Shown: positions 9,872-19,336 of the stretch, piece by piece
Layout: every line of letters starts with the position of its first letter
How positions within the stretch are numbered: the first letter of the stretch is position 1
NCBI GenBank assembly: GCA_963735595.1
Contig: CAVTLK010000004.1
Location: forward strand, 128,001-192,000
Source of the DNA: an uncultured delta proteobacterium
Lineage (GTDB): Bacteria; Desulfobacterota; Zymogenia; Zymogenales; Zymogenaceae
DNA length: 64,000 bases
Direction of reading: 5' to 3'
The notes under the pieces: generated by a model
Databases searched by the model: none
What the model saw: the letters and a program-made list of their open reading frames with translations, nothing else
Told to the model about the DNA's origin: nothing
Position numbers and translations under genes: made by a program

Positions 9872-11122
9872 CTACCCGAGGCTTTCCACTATTTCCGATA
9901 GAGACGCGGCTACTTTACCCAGCCGGTCCGTGTTCTTTCTCAGCCGCGCGATATCCTCCCCGGAAAAGCCTCCCTGTTCGGATGCCGTCCGCATCAGGCC
10001 GTGCGCATCTTTGAAGAGGTCCTGCAGCTCACCCAGGTATTGGGCCATCGAGAGGATATTGTATTCGAGGGATACGGCCCTGTCCTTGGTCGTTACCGCC
10101 GTATCCACCGCACGCGTATCTGTCGTTTTCTCCACGGCGAGTTTCAGGTTTTCGCAGCCGAGTGACAGCTGTTGAATCGAATCATTCAGAAAGATAAGGG
10201 TCTCCCGCGTGAGCCGGTCGTCACCGGAGATAACGTCCTTGACCGTCGTTTCGATACGCTCGGCCATCGACCGGGTATGCTCATACCCCATGTATCGGGC
10301 GGCCTTTACCAAGCCCTGGGTTGACTCCTCGAGATTGAGCAGGATTTCCGACGAGAATCCCGGGGACGAAAGCTTCTGGACGATCGCGCCTGCCACCTCG
10401 ATATATTCGGCAAGCTGTCCAAGAAAGAGGGAGAGGAGCTCCGTATCCTCGCCCGGCTCAACCTCGTCGGTTACGATGGATTCCGCGTCCCGCGAGGCGA
10501 GGGTCTTGCCGACGAACGACAATTCCGCTTTCGGCGAGGCGGCCTCATCCCGGATAAGGGATTCAATCCTGACGAGCCTGTTGGGGTTGAAGTGGTCGGC
10601 AATCTTCTTTGCCACGGCCAGCGACATGCCGGGTACCCCGAAAAGTTTCGCAACCGATGCGGACTTGAGGCCGTCAATCGTTGTGAAGCCGGAAAAATAG
10701 AGGGTGCGCGCCCTGTCCTCAGTGACCGCCGGTATGGCCGTGAAGCTCTTGATTACCGCCTGGTCGGCGTTAACTTCCATATCCATATAGTACGAAGGAA
10801 GATCCTTTTTCTTTGCAAACTCACGGTCTCCGGCGGGAATGCTGTCGGAAAGACCGGATAGCTCGTTCTTAAAGCGAATGAGGTTATCGGGCGTCGAACC
10901 CGATTGGGCAAGGATACGGTCGAGCTCTTCCAGCTTGGCCCTGAGCTCATCGAGCCCCATGATCTTTACCGCGCCAATGAAATCGGATACCGACGCCCTG
11001 AGCCGTTCGAGGCTCGGGCCGGTAGTTTCCTCCATCGCGTTGTCAAGGGCGGCTGTGATGTTTTTCATGAACCGAGGGGACATCCGTAGGCTCATGTCCT
11101 CAAGTTCGGCTATCAGAGACAT
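9872..11122 (-). CDS. Hypothetical protein with two degenerate Hpt-like helical bundles flanking a tandem helix-hairpin-helix domain
   Basis: SDFIGAVKIMGLDELR and TQGLVKAARYMGYEHTRSMAERIE resemble the Hpt HxLKGxAxxxG motif without the His; IPAVTEDRARTLYFSGFTTIDGL...LFGVPGMSLAVAKKI is (HhH)2-like; GAGGAG RBS. Confidence 0.65.
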   Translation of the reverse strand: MSLIAELEDMSLRMSPRFMKNITAALDNAMEETTGPSLERLRASVSDFIGAVKIMGLDELRAKLEELDRILAQSGSTPDNLIRFKNELSGLSDSIPAGDREFAKKKDLPSYYMDMEVNADQAVIKSFTAIPAVTEDRARTLYFSGFTTIDGLKSASVAKLFGVPGMSLAVAKKIADHFNPNRLVRIESLIRDEAASPKAELSFVGKTLASRDAESIVTDEVEPGEDTELLSLFLGQLAEYIEVAGAIVQKLSSPGFSSEILLNLEESTQGLVKAARYMGYEHTRSMAERIETTVKDVISGDDRLTRETLIFLNDSIQQLSLGCENLKLAVEKTTDTRAVDTAVTTKDRAVSLEYNILSMAQYLGELQDLFKDAHGLMRTASEQGGFSGEDIARLRKNTDRLGKVAASLSEIVESLG

Positions 11123-11139
11123 GGGACACTCCTCATCGG

Positions 11140-12204
11140 CTATTGGTTTACCAGCAACCGGTTTATATTGGTAATGTCTTCCATCTCGCCCATGAAGGTT
11201 GCCAGGGTTTTCGGCAAATCGTCGATATCGGCCAGGAAATCCCCCACCTTCCGCTCGGACGCCCCCGAGGACGCCTCGGTGAGAATGCCGCCCCTGCCCT
11301 TTATGGTTAGCGTGGTGCCTCCCCGGGACCGGATCGTGGAAAGACCGTAGATACCGTCGGTCCCAACGCCCTCCATAAGTACCCCGAGGACCGCCCCCCC
11401 AAACGACCCGGCAAGCCCTTCCATGAGGGAATCGATCGGGCCGGCGTTTTCGTGAGACACGACAACACGGCACTCCCCGGCAAGAGACCCCTCCACACTA
11501 TACGGATCAAACGACGAGAAGAAGTAGCACGTGCCTCCGTATACGCGCTCGTCTTCAACGGCGGCCTTAACCGGCCATTGCGTAAAAGGGCTCAAGTCGG
11601 CGATGAAGGGGCCGAGGCAGGTCCGGGGAAGCGGCAGGGAAACCAGGATCGCGGTATCCCCCCGACGGGGCAGCTGCGAGAGAAGTTTGATCGCCCCGTT
11701 TATGCCGCCGTTCGGCACGCCGAGGACGGCATAGTACCCGGCTTGTTCATTGTATGGGGTCTTTTCCCCCTCTCCGACGGGTTTAATGCGCGCCCGTGCG
11801 ATCCGGGTGATGTCAACAATGCTGAGCATACGGATCGACTCGTTGATCCTCCTGAGCAGCGAATCCGTTGGGCTGCCGATGTCCTCGGGCGAAAAGGGAA
11901 TAAAATCAACCATGCCGAGCCTGAAGGCATCAAAGAGGATCGGCGTCGTTTCGGCCAATCCGCCAACCCCCAGCACCGGATACGGCCCGGAAAGCTGTAA
12001 CACCTTAAGGTCTGCGACGGATTGTCTGTCGCCCCTGAGGCCGACAATGATTTGAACGTCTCCCTTTTTCTTCAGGTCGGCCGCCGCTTCCCGGGCGTCC
12101 GAATAGATGCCGACCACCTGGAGTTCATTGGTGACCTTGAGGAGGGTTTGAACGGCGTTTTTGAGTGTCTCGTCGGAAATGATAAGGCCGATCCACGTTT
12201 TCAT
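11140..12204 (-). CDS. CheB-like protein (receiver-like + methylesterase-like domains), catalytically degenerate
   Basis: CheB layout recognisable (LQVVG, GMVDFI, PIDSLMEGLAGSFG, GVLMEGVGTDGIYGL, RSRGGTT), but GASTGG is replaced by GVPNGG and VQHMP by SLPLP. Confidence 0.8.
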   Translation of the reverse strand: MKTWIGLIISDETLKNAVQTLLKVTNELQVVGIYSDAREAAADLKKKGDVQIIVGLRGDRQSVADLKVLQLSGPYPVLGVGGLAETTPILFDAFRLGMVDFIPFSPEDIGSPTDSLLRRINESIRMLSIVDITRIARARIKPVGEGEKTPYNEQAGYYAVLGVPNGGINGAIKLLSQLPRRGDTAILVSLPLPRTCLGPFIADLSPFTQWPVKAAVEDERVYGGTCYFFSSFDPYSVEGSLAGECRVVVSHENAGPIDSLMEGLAGSFGGAVLGVLMEGVGTDGIYGLSTIRSRGGTTLTIKGRGGILTEASSGASERKVGDFLADIDDLPKTLATFMGEMEDITNINRLLVNQ

Positions 12205-12382
12205 GGGGTGTATTTATCTCTTATATGCTTTATGTTTACCTATATTAACTGAAAAGTTAAAAATATCAAGAGTTTTTTGCCGATTCGATAAAAAATCGGC
12301 GGACGGAGGCCACGCCCCGCATCGTCGTCGGCCTCAACGCGCAGCGCCGCCGTATCGTTCGTACTGCACGTATTGAGCAACG

Positions 12383-13336
12383 TTATGTCTTATGGGGTGC
12401 TTTCCTGTCCGGTTTCGGGCAGTTTTCGACGCAATCGGGAAGGCATGTCTTATCGCAGGGATCTACGTGAATCGTCGCGTGCACGTCCCCAAAGAGCGAG
12501 ATGATCTCGTCTCTCACCCTTCGGGAAAGCCGATGAGAATCCTCCAGAGATAGGGCGCGGTCGGCCATGATATGAACCTCTACGTAACGTGTTGGGCCGG
12601 CCTTTCGGGTGCGAAGCTCATGAAACGAAATAACAGAGGTAGAATGTCGGACAATCACGTCACGAATCTGTGCTATTTCCTCCGGCGGAAGGCTGAAATC
12701 GAAGAGATCCCGGGCAGACTTGATAATCAACTGGTACGAGGTCCTGATGATAAGAAGCGCTACGGCGATAGCGGCCGCGGCGTCGACCCACGCGAGGTTT
12801 ACGTCCGGCCGCAGTTTTCTCCCGATCAAGATCACTAATAGCCCGAAGAGAACCCCCGCCGAAGTATAGACGTCGGTCCTGAGGTGCCAGGCATCGGCCT
12901 CAAGCGCCAGCGAATCGGAGGCCTTGGCTACCTTGAGCTCTATATGAGAGACGATAAAATTAACCGTCGCTGAGAAGGACATCAGGGCCACGCCCCAACC
13001 CACCGACGACACTGCGGTGGGATAACGCAGCTTATGGACCGCCTCGGCAATGATCCAGCCCGCGGCAAAGAAGATGAGAAACGCCTCGATCGTCCCGGAG
13101 ACGTTCTCAAGCTTGCCGTGCCCGAAGGAGTGGGTCTCGTCCGGGGGCTGTGATGCCTTCTTTACCGAGACGAAGGCGATAAGGGACGATACCAGGTCGA
13201 CGGCCGAATGAATCGCCTCCGAGATGACGGATACCGACCCAATCATGATACCGACGATGAGTTTGAGAACGGTAAGGACCGAGTTTGACATTACCGCCAG
13301 CAGGGCTACCGATGTTTTAAACCGCTTTAGATCCAT
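12383..13336 (-). CDS. Cation diffusion facilitator family transporter (paralog 2)
   Basis: SEAIHSAVD, FGHGKLE, DAWHLRTD and LRTRKAG; Cys-rich tail. Confidence 0.92.
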   Translation of the reverse strand: MDLKRFKTSVALLAVMSNSVLTVLKLIVGIMIGSVSVISEAIHSAVDLVSSLIAFVSVKKASQPPDETHSFGHGKLENVSGTIEAFLIFFAAGWIIAEAVHKLRYPTAVSSVGWGVALMSFSATVNFIVSHIELKVAKASDSLALEADAWHLRTDVYTSAGVLFGLLVILIGRKLRPDVNLAWVDAAAAIAVALLIIRTSYQLIIKSARDLFDFSLPPEEIAQIRDVIVRHSTSVISFHELRTRKAGPTRYVEVHIMADRALSLEDSHRLSRRVRDEIISLFGDVHATIHVDPCDKTCLPDCVENCPKPDRKAPHKT

Positions 13337-13436
13337 GAGAGTAATGTATCATATCCTTTCGTCAAATGCCTGCTTTATATCGCCGGGCGTTACGGCCGGT
13401 CGGCGTTGTCTTGCCCCCCCGTGCGATTCCAGTATC

Positions 13437-14432
13437 TTATCTATCCTCTTTGGCTTTACCTGCCGGGTATTTCCGGCGGCCCCGGGCGGCCCGTTCCCCG
13501 TCGGTCAGTATACACTGTTTCGTGCATTCGGGCGGGCACGTCTTGTCGCACGGTTCGATATGGATGTTAACATAGGTGTCCGGGAAGAGCTGCCGGATAT
13601 CGTCGGTGATTATTTGGGTGATCTCATGTGATTCAAAGACCGTCATGTCCTGATCGACCAGGAGATGAAGGTCGACAAACCGGGTCGACCCGGCCTTCCG
13701 GGTCCTCATGCCGTGAAAGCCGACAACGGCGGGCGTCTGTTTAAAGATCGACTCCCTGATTTGGGATAGCTCGTGATCCGGCAGGCTGGCGTCCAGGATA
13801 TCCCGGGCTGATTTCTTGACCATCCGGTAGGCGGTGCGGATGATAAGGAGCGCCACGGCGATAGCGGCCGCCGGGTCGACCCAGTTAAGGTCGAGGTCCG
13901 GCACCACCCGTTTTCCCACCCAAATGGCCGTGAGGCCGAACAGCACGCCGGCGGACGTGTAGACATCGGTTCTCAGGTGCCAGGCATCCGCCTCAAGCGC
14001 CACTGACTCGGTCGCCCTGCCCACGACAAACAGGAGGTGCGAAACGACAATGTTTATGACGGACGATACCAGCATTACGCCAATCCCCCATCCCACCATA
14101 CCGAGGGGTTGGGGATTCACGAGCTTATGGAGGGCTTCATCAATAATGAAACCGGCGGCAAAGAAGATGAGGATCGCCTCTATCGTACCCGATATGTTTT
14201 CGACCTTCCCGTGGCCGTACGGATGATGGTGGTCTGCGGGCTTGGCCGATTTTCTCACAGAAAATAGGGCGATTAACGCCGCCACCAGGTCGACCCCGGA
14301 GTGGATCGCTTCGGAGATGACCGAGATGGACCCAATGAACAGGCCGATAACAAGCTTCACGGCCACCAGGAACGCGTTTGACGCTACCGAAAGGAGCGCA
14401 ACGGCGCTTTTATACTGCTTAGGATCAACCAA
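13437..14432 (-). CDS. Cation diffusion facilitator family transporter (paralog 1)
   Basis: SEAIHSGVD, HPYGHGKVE and DAWHLRTD; probable TTG start after a GGAG RBS. Confidence 0.92.
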   Translation of the reverse strand: MVDPKQYKSAVALLSVASNAFLVAVKLVIGLFIGSISVISEAIHSGVDLVAALIALFSVRKSAKPADHHHPYGHGKVENISGTIEAILIFFAAGFIIDEALHKLVNPQPLGMVGWGIGVMLVSSVINIVVSHLLFVVGRATESVALEADAWHLRTDVYTSAGVLFGLTAIWVGKRVVPDLDLNWVDPAAAIAVALLIIRTAYRMVKKSARDILDASLPDHELSQIRESIFKQTPAVVGFHGMRTRKAGSTRFVDLHLLVDQDMTVFESHEITQIITDDIRQLFPDTYVNIHIEPCDKTCPPECTKQCILTDGERAARGRRKYPAGKAKEDR

Positions 14433-14590
14433 AGGAGAATCTCCCGATCTACTAATAAGGGCGGGCCTCTCAACCGCCTGTAAATCTGCGCTTGATAGGC
14501 CCAATCCTTATTAGTTTAGGACTATAGAGAGGGGTAAGTCAAACCTAATAATATTAGCGGTGATTTGGTAGTGGAAGGTGGTATTAAGGG

Positions 14591-15415
14591 TCAGCGCCGC
14601 GTTCTCCAGACAGGCTTTGGAAACTTCTCCTGAACCGACCTATCCGTAAAGTACCGCTCGGTGAGGTCCGTCATCCGGCGCATGTGCGCCTCGATCGTGG
14701 TCCTGATCGCCTCGAGTTGCGTATCGCTGGCGTCCTCCGGTACCCAAAACGGGCCGGTAAAGAAATAGACGATCCTCGACAGCGGCAGCGGCATCCACAT
14801 CCTGTCCCAGTTGAAAAGCCTGAGGTGCGGCCGGGCGGCCACCGTCATCACGACGATCGGGGATCCCGTTTGCCTGGCGAGGATCACGGCGCCTTTCTTG
14901 AGGACCAGGGCCGGCCCTTTTGCCCCATCCACGGTGATCCCGGCGTGAAAACCCTCGTCGCGCACCAGCCCCGCCATGGCGTCCAGCGCTTCTCTTCCCT
15001 TCTTGTCGCGAATCCTACCGGTGCGCGACAGCGATGAGGTCGATCCCCGGACGGCGAGGACCCCCACACGCGCCATGCACTGTGCGCCGAATTCACCCCC
15101 CTCCTTCTGGCTGATCATCATGACGTGCCGGCGCCCCTTCACCCAGAAGTAGTAGTACTGGGCGTACCGGTGCCAGTGGGCATAGATGATCCCCTTGCCC
15201 GTAGAGAGCATCTCCTCGTTGAGGTCGCCGCCGATGAAGCCGACGCGCGACAGCGTGTACCAGGGACTGATCAGCCCAACCACGATCGGAAGCACGAAGC
15301 GAAAGACGAACCGGTAAAAAGATGAGAACCGGCCGTCCTCGTACGGCCCGAGGTGAACGCCGTATTTCTCGGAGTCGCCCACCAGCGATTCAAACTCTTC
15401 CGAAGGATACTTCAT
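14591..15415 (-). CDS. DUF374 / lysophospholipid acyltransferase family protein
   Basis: YAHWH, MISQKEGGE, AVRGS, ITVDGAKGP and NWDRMWMPLP motifs. Confidence 0.8.
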   Translation of the reverse strand: MKYPSEEFESLVGDSEKYGVHLGPYEDGRFSSFYRFVFRFVLPIVVGLISPWYTLSRVGFIGGDLNEEMLSTGKGIIYAHWHRYAQYYYFWVKGRRHVMMISQKEGGEFGAQCMARVGVLAVRGSTSSLSRTGRIRDKKGREALDAMAGLVRDEGFHAGITVDGAKGPALVLKKGAVILARQTGSPIVVMTVAARPHLRLFNWDRMWMPLPLSRIVYFFTGPFWVPEDASDTQLEAIRTTIEAHMRRMTDLTERYFTDRSVQEKFPKPVWRTRR

Positions 15416-15601
15416 GTGCTTTCCGGGAAAAGGGAATTGATTAACCCCGCCGGTAAACTGACGGGAAGAGCAGATTATAGCAGTTTTGCCCTCTCACGCA
15501 ATAAAAAACCGTTACCCGACGCCCTCCGCCTCCCGTTGCTGTCCGCGCCCGCCGGGGGTCATGCCTTGCGGTGTGGCCGATGCTGTGGTATAAGGGCTGA
15601 T

Positions 15602-16066
15602 ATGGAACGGGTTTTCCTGGGCCTCGGGTCCAATATCGGCGATCGCTCCGCGAATATCAAGCGGGCGTGCCGTCTCATCGGTGAGATCGAGGGGGTTCGG
15701 CTCGTCCGTACTTCCTCGCTCATCGAAACCGAACCCGTGGGATACGAAGACCAGCCCGATTTCATCAACGCCGTCCTGGAAATCGGGACGACGCTCGCCC
15801 CCTGTGAATTGCTGACCGCAATCAAGGAGATCGAGCAACGGATGGGACGCACCCGGACCATTCGCTTCGGCCCGCGTATCATCGACATCGATATCCTGCT
15901 GTTCGGGCAACGGGTCATTGATGAGCCGGGCCTTACTATTCCCCACCCCCGCATGCACGAGCGCCGGTTCGTTCTGGGGCCACTGGCCGAGATTGCGCCG
16001 GATGAGGTACATCCGGTGTTAAAGAAATCGGTAACGGAGCTGAACGAAGATTCGTTTCCGCGGTAG
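15602..16066 (+). CDS. folK: 2-amino-4-hydroxy-6-hydroxymethyldihydropteridine diphosphokinase
   Basis: LGLGSNIG, QPDFINAV, GPRIIDIDIL, IPHPRMHERRFVL. Confidence 0.96.
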   Translation: MERVFLGLGSNIGDRSANIKRACRLIGEIEGVRLVRTSSLIETEPVGYEDQPDFINAVLEIGTTLAPCELLTAIKEIEQRMGRTRTIRFGPRIIDIDILLFGQRVIDEPGLTIPHPRMHERRFVLGPLAEIAPDEVHPVLKKSVTELNEDSFPR

Positions 16067-16100
16067 GGGATACGAGATAGACAAACCCTTTTGTCGGTTA

Positions 16101-16225
16101 TGTCAATGCGAGGAGCGTCTGCGACGAAGCAATCCCCCGACTATCGAGGAGAGGTGTTTTAACCTTCAGCGTTCAGATAATGCGCTCAGGGGATTGCCGC
16201 GCCCCCGTCGGGACTCGCATTGACA
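16101..16225. repeat. 125-bp palindromic (REP/MITE-like) intergenic element
   Basis: Perfect 12-bp terminal inverted repeat TGTCAATGCGAG / CTCGCATTGACA plus an inner pair GCAATCCCC / GGGGATTGC. Confidence 0.75.
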
Positions 16226-16289
16226 GTCGATTCTTACTGTTCGCTCGCGAAACAGAGTCCGTTCATTCTCTCAACACGTATAGCATACC

Positions 16290-16325
16290 AAAAGGGGCGG
16301 CCGGTTTTCCCGGTCGCCCCTTTTT
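16290..16325. terminator. Bidirectional Rho-independent terminator
   Basis: AAAAGGGGCGGCCGG-TTTTC-CCGGTCGCCCCTTTTT between folK and the degQ-like gene. Confidence 0.8.
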
Positions 16326-16362
16326 ATGTGACACGTAACACGGACAGCGGAGTTCCGCCCCT

Positions 16363-17825
16363 CTACTTGTTGATCGCGATGAAAATCGTATTACCGCTGC
16401 GAAGAATCAAAAAGAGGTAGCGGCCCGTCTTGCTGCTGTTTGCCATCTCCACGTTGAACTCGGCCAGGTTTTTTACCTTCTTCCGGTTCAACTCGCGGAT
16501 GACGTCCCCCTTCATTATCCCCGCTCTCTCGGCAAAGCTGTTCGGGTCCACGGCGGTAACGATGACACCGTCGGTATCCGGAAGTCCCAGGTACTGCGCG
16601 ATGGTGGGCGTGATCGCCTCCACGGCCAGCCCGAGCTCGCTCTTGGTGCCCGGCCCCGGTGTCGTACGGGGAGCGGTCGCCGATCGTCCCTTCCGTCGGC
16701 ATCTTTGCCACCTTCAGGGTAACGTCGCGGGTCTTGCCGTCCCGAAGGATCGTAACGGTCACTGTCTCGCCGACCGGCGTCAGCGCCACGATGGCCGGAA
16801 GCTCCTTCATCTTGGTGATCTCTTTTCCATTAAACTTAAGGATGATGTCCCCTTTCTTGATGCCCGCCTTATCGGCGGGGCTTCCCGGCTCGATATCCGA
16901 TACCAGGGCGCCTGCCGGCTGCTTGAGCCCGAAGGACTGGGCAAGCTCCGGGGTAACCTCCTGAATCACCACACCCAGCCAGCCCCGCACAACCTCGCCC
17001 TTCTTGAGCTGGGAGAGGAGATCCCTTGCAATGTTGATGGGAATGGCAAAGCCCAGGCCTTGTCCCTGTTCGATGATGGCGGTATTGATGCCGACCACCT
17101 CACCCCGTGATGTTGAAGAGGGGACCGCCGGAATTGCCCGGGTTAATGGAGGCGTCCGTCTGAATGAAATCGTCATACGGTCCGGAGCCGATGACCCGTC
17201 CCTTTGCGCTGACGATGCCCGCTGTCACCGTCTCGGCGAGCCCAAAGGGATTGCCGATGGCCATCACCCACTCGCCGACCTGGAGCTTGTCGGAATCGCC
17301 GAGCCTTACCGTCGGAAGTCCCTTGGCGTCGATTTTGATGAGGGCCAGATCCGTCTTGGGATCGGTTCCGATAACCTTGGCGGAGTAGGTCTTCTCGTTA
17401 TGAAGGATGACCGTTATCTCCGATGCGTTTTCCACGACGTGGTTATTGGTAAGAATGTACCCGTCCTGGCTGATGATGAACCCGGAGCCGAGGCTCTGCG
17501 TTTCAAAGGAACGCGGCATCTCCCCGAAATAGCGGTTGAAAAAATCCCCGAAGGGTTCGTTGCCGAACGGGGGAGAAAAACCGGGCGGAAGACCACCCCC
17601 TCCCACCGTTATCTTCGTGCTGATATTCACCACGGAGGGAGTCAGATCCTTAGCCAGCACCGTGAAGTCCGGTATGGTAATATAGTTCGTCCCGCCGCCG
17701 TTTCCCGGCGACCCGACCTCCGCCCAGGATGCTGTACCGATCGCGCAGGTCACCGAAACGATGAGGAGTATCAGCAGAGCGCGCATCTTAAGTGGCGATA
17801 CACGACGCCGGTATTCCAACTTCAT
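16363..17825 (-). CDS. degQ: DegP/DegQ (HtrA) serine endoprotease with two PDZ domains; two apparent frameshifts (about 17105 and 16650)
   Basis: [34 protein letters not shown], then GEVVGINTA and PDZ domains in adjacent frames; the first shift is one extra base in a 4-nt G/C run. Confidence 0.88.
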
Positions 17826-17917
17826 TGGTAAAACCTCCAAAGTGTGATTTGCTATAGTATCCGCCAAATCGATGAGAACTGCATGAGTCGCGGATTATTC
17901 TGAACTAATAATTACTT

Positions 17918-19333
17918 CTACGCCTTACCCGTGATCCTCGGCAGCACCACCGTGAAGGTGCTCCCCATGCCGGGAGTGCTGGAAACGGCGATAGTCCCGT
18001 GATGTGCCTCGGTGATAAACCTGCAGATCGCCAGCCCCAGGCCGGTCCCTCCCTCCTTCCGTGAGCGGTTCTTGTCCACGCGGAAGAAGCGGTCGAAAAT
18101 CTTGGTCTGGTCTTCCGGGGCAATGCCCATGCCGTTGTCCGAAACGCGGACCTCTACCTTATCGGATCGTATGTAGGCGTCGATGCGGATTTGACCGCCG
18201 TCCTTCGTGTATTTAACACCGTTATCGATAAGATTCAGAAAGAGCTGCCTTAGCCGAAGCTCGTTTCCCATGATCCTGATCCCGTTTAGCTCCTCCACGT
18301 TGAGCTCAAGCGTTTGTCCGCGCGCCTCGGTAAGCGTTGTCCCCATTTCATAGACCTCCGTGATGACGGGGGCCAGCTCCACCGGCTCCATTTCCATCGG
18401 CGTTTCCCCGATATCCGCCCGGGAAAGGATGAGAAGATCCTCAACAATCCTGCTCATGGTGTTGATCTCTTCGATACTGCTGCTCAGAATTTCCTTGTAA
18501 TCCTTGGCGCTGCGGGCCGTCCTGAGCGCCCATTCCGTTTCACCCTTGAGAATGGTCAGCGGCGTCCTCAATTCATGGGAGGCGTCCGCTGAAAACTGGC
18601 GAATCTGGGCAAAGGATTTCTCGAGCCGCTCCAGCATTTCGTTGAACGTGGCGGCAAGTCTTCCCATTTCATCCTTCTTGTTTCGGACCGGGATGCGCTG
18701 GGAGAGGTCTTTTGCGCCGATCCGCCGGGCCGCATCGGTTATTTCGGCCACAGGGCCGAGGGCCGCCTTCGCCAGGACGTACCCGCCGACGCTCGAAAAA
18801 AGGATGATGGTTGGAACCGTGAAGATGATAATGAGAAATAGCCTGTGCAGCGTCTCCTCCACGTATTCGAGGGAGCTGCCCACCTGCACGAGGCTGATAA
18901 GTTTATCGTTCTTGACGACCGGGTAGTTGATCATTCGGATCGGGTACTTATCCAATCCGTAGAGGGTTTCAAAAACAACTTCGCCCGTCTCCGCCCGTTT
19001 GACGGTCTCGGCGGTAAGGGGAAGTCTCTTTGGCAGGCTCCTGTCGGCGTCGTAGTCGATGTTACCCGATTTATCGAGGATCTGAATATACTTTGCCGTC
19101 GGCCGAAAACCAAAGAATTTTTCCAGGTAATCGTTCCACCCCTCGGAATCCTCGGACGTCCGGGTAGAAGAATCGGCGGTTATCTCGGCGATGGTGGTGA
19201 GCTTCTTGTCTACGCTGTCATAGAGCGCCCGGGACAGTGTGAAATAAAGCAGGGCGGAAAACGAAACAAGAATCAGCGCGAGCACGAGAGTAAACCAGTA
19301 CACAAGCTTGGCGCGGATGGTCACAAAAAACAT
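17918..19333 (-). CDS. Membrane sensor histidine kinase (HAMP-HisKA-HATPase, CusS/ArlS-like)
   Basis: Two TM helices, HAMP, ASHELRTPLT H-box, NLIDNGVKY, DNGMGI and GGTGLGLAI. Confidence 0.95.
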   Translation of the reverse strand: MFFVTIRAKLVYWFTLVLALILVSFSALLYFTLSRALYDSVDKKLTTIAEITADSSTRTSEDSEGWNDYLEKFFGFRPTAKYIQILDKSGNIDYDADRSLPKRLPLTAETVKRAETGEVVFETLYGLDKYPIRMINYPVVKNDKLISLVQVGSSLEYVEETLHRLFLIIIFTVPTIILFSSVGGYVLAKAALGPVAEITDAARRIGAKDLSQRIPVRNKKDEMGRLAATFNEMLERLEKSFAQIRQFSADASHELRTPLTILKGETEWALRTARSAKDYKEILSSSIEEINTMSRIVEDLLILSRADIGETPMEMEPVELAPVITEVYEMGTTLTEARGQTLELNVEELNGIRIMGNELRLRQLFLNLIDNGVKYTKDGGQIRIDAYIRSDKVEVRVSDNGMGIAPEDQTKIFDRFFRVDKNRSRKEGGTGLGLAICRFITEAHHGTIAVSSTPGMGSTFTVVLPRITGKA

Positions 19334-19336
19334 CGG

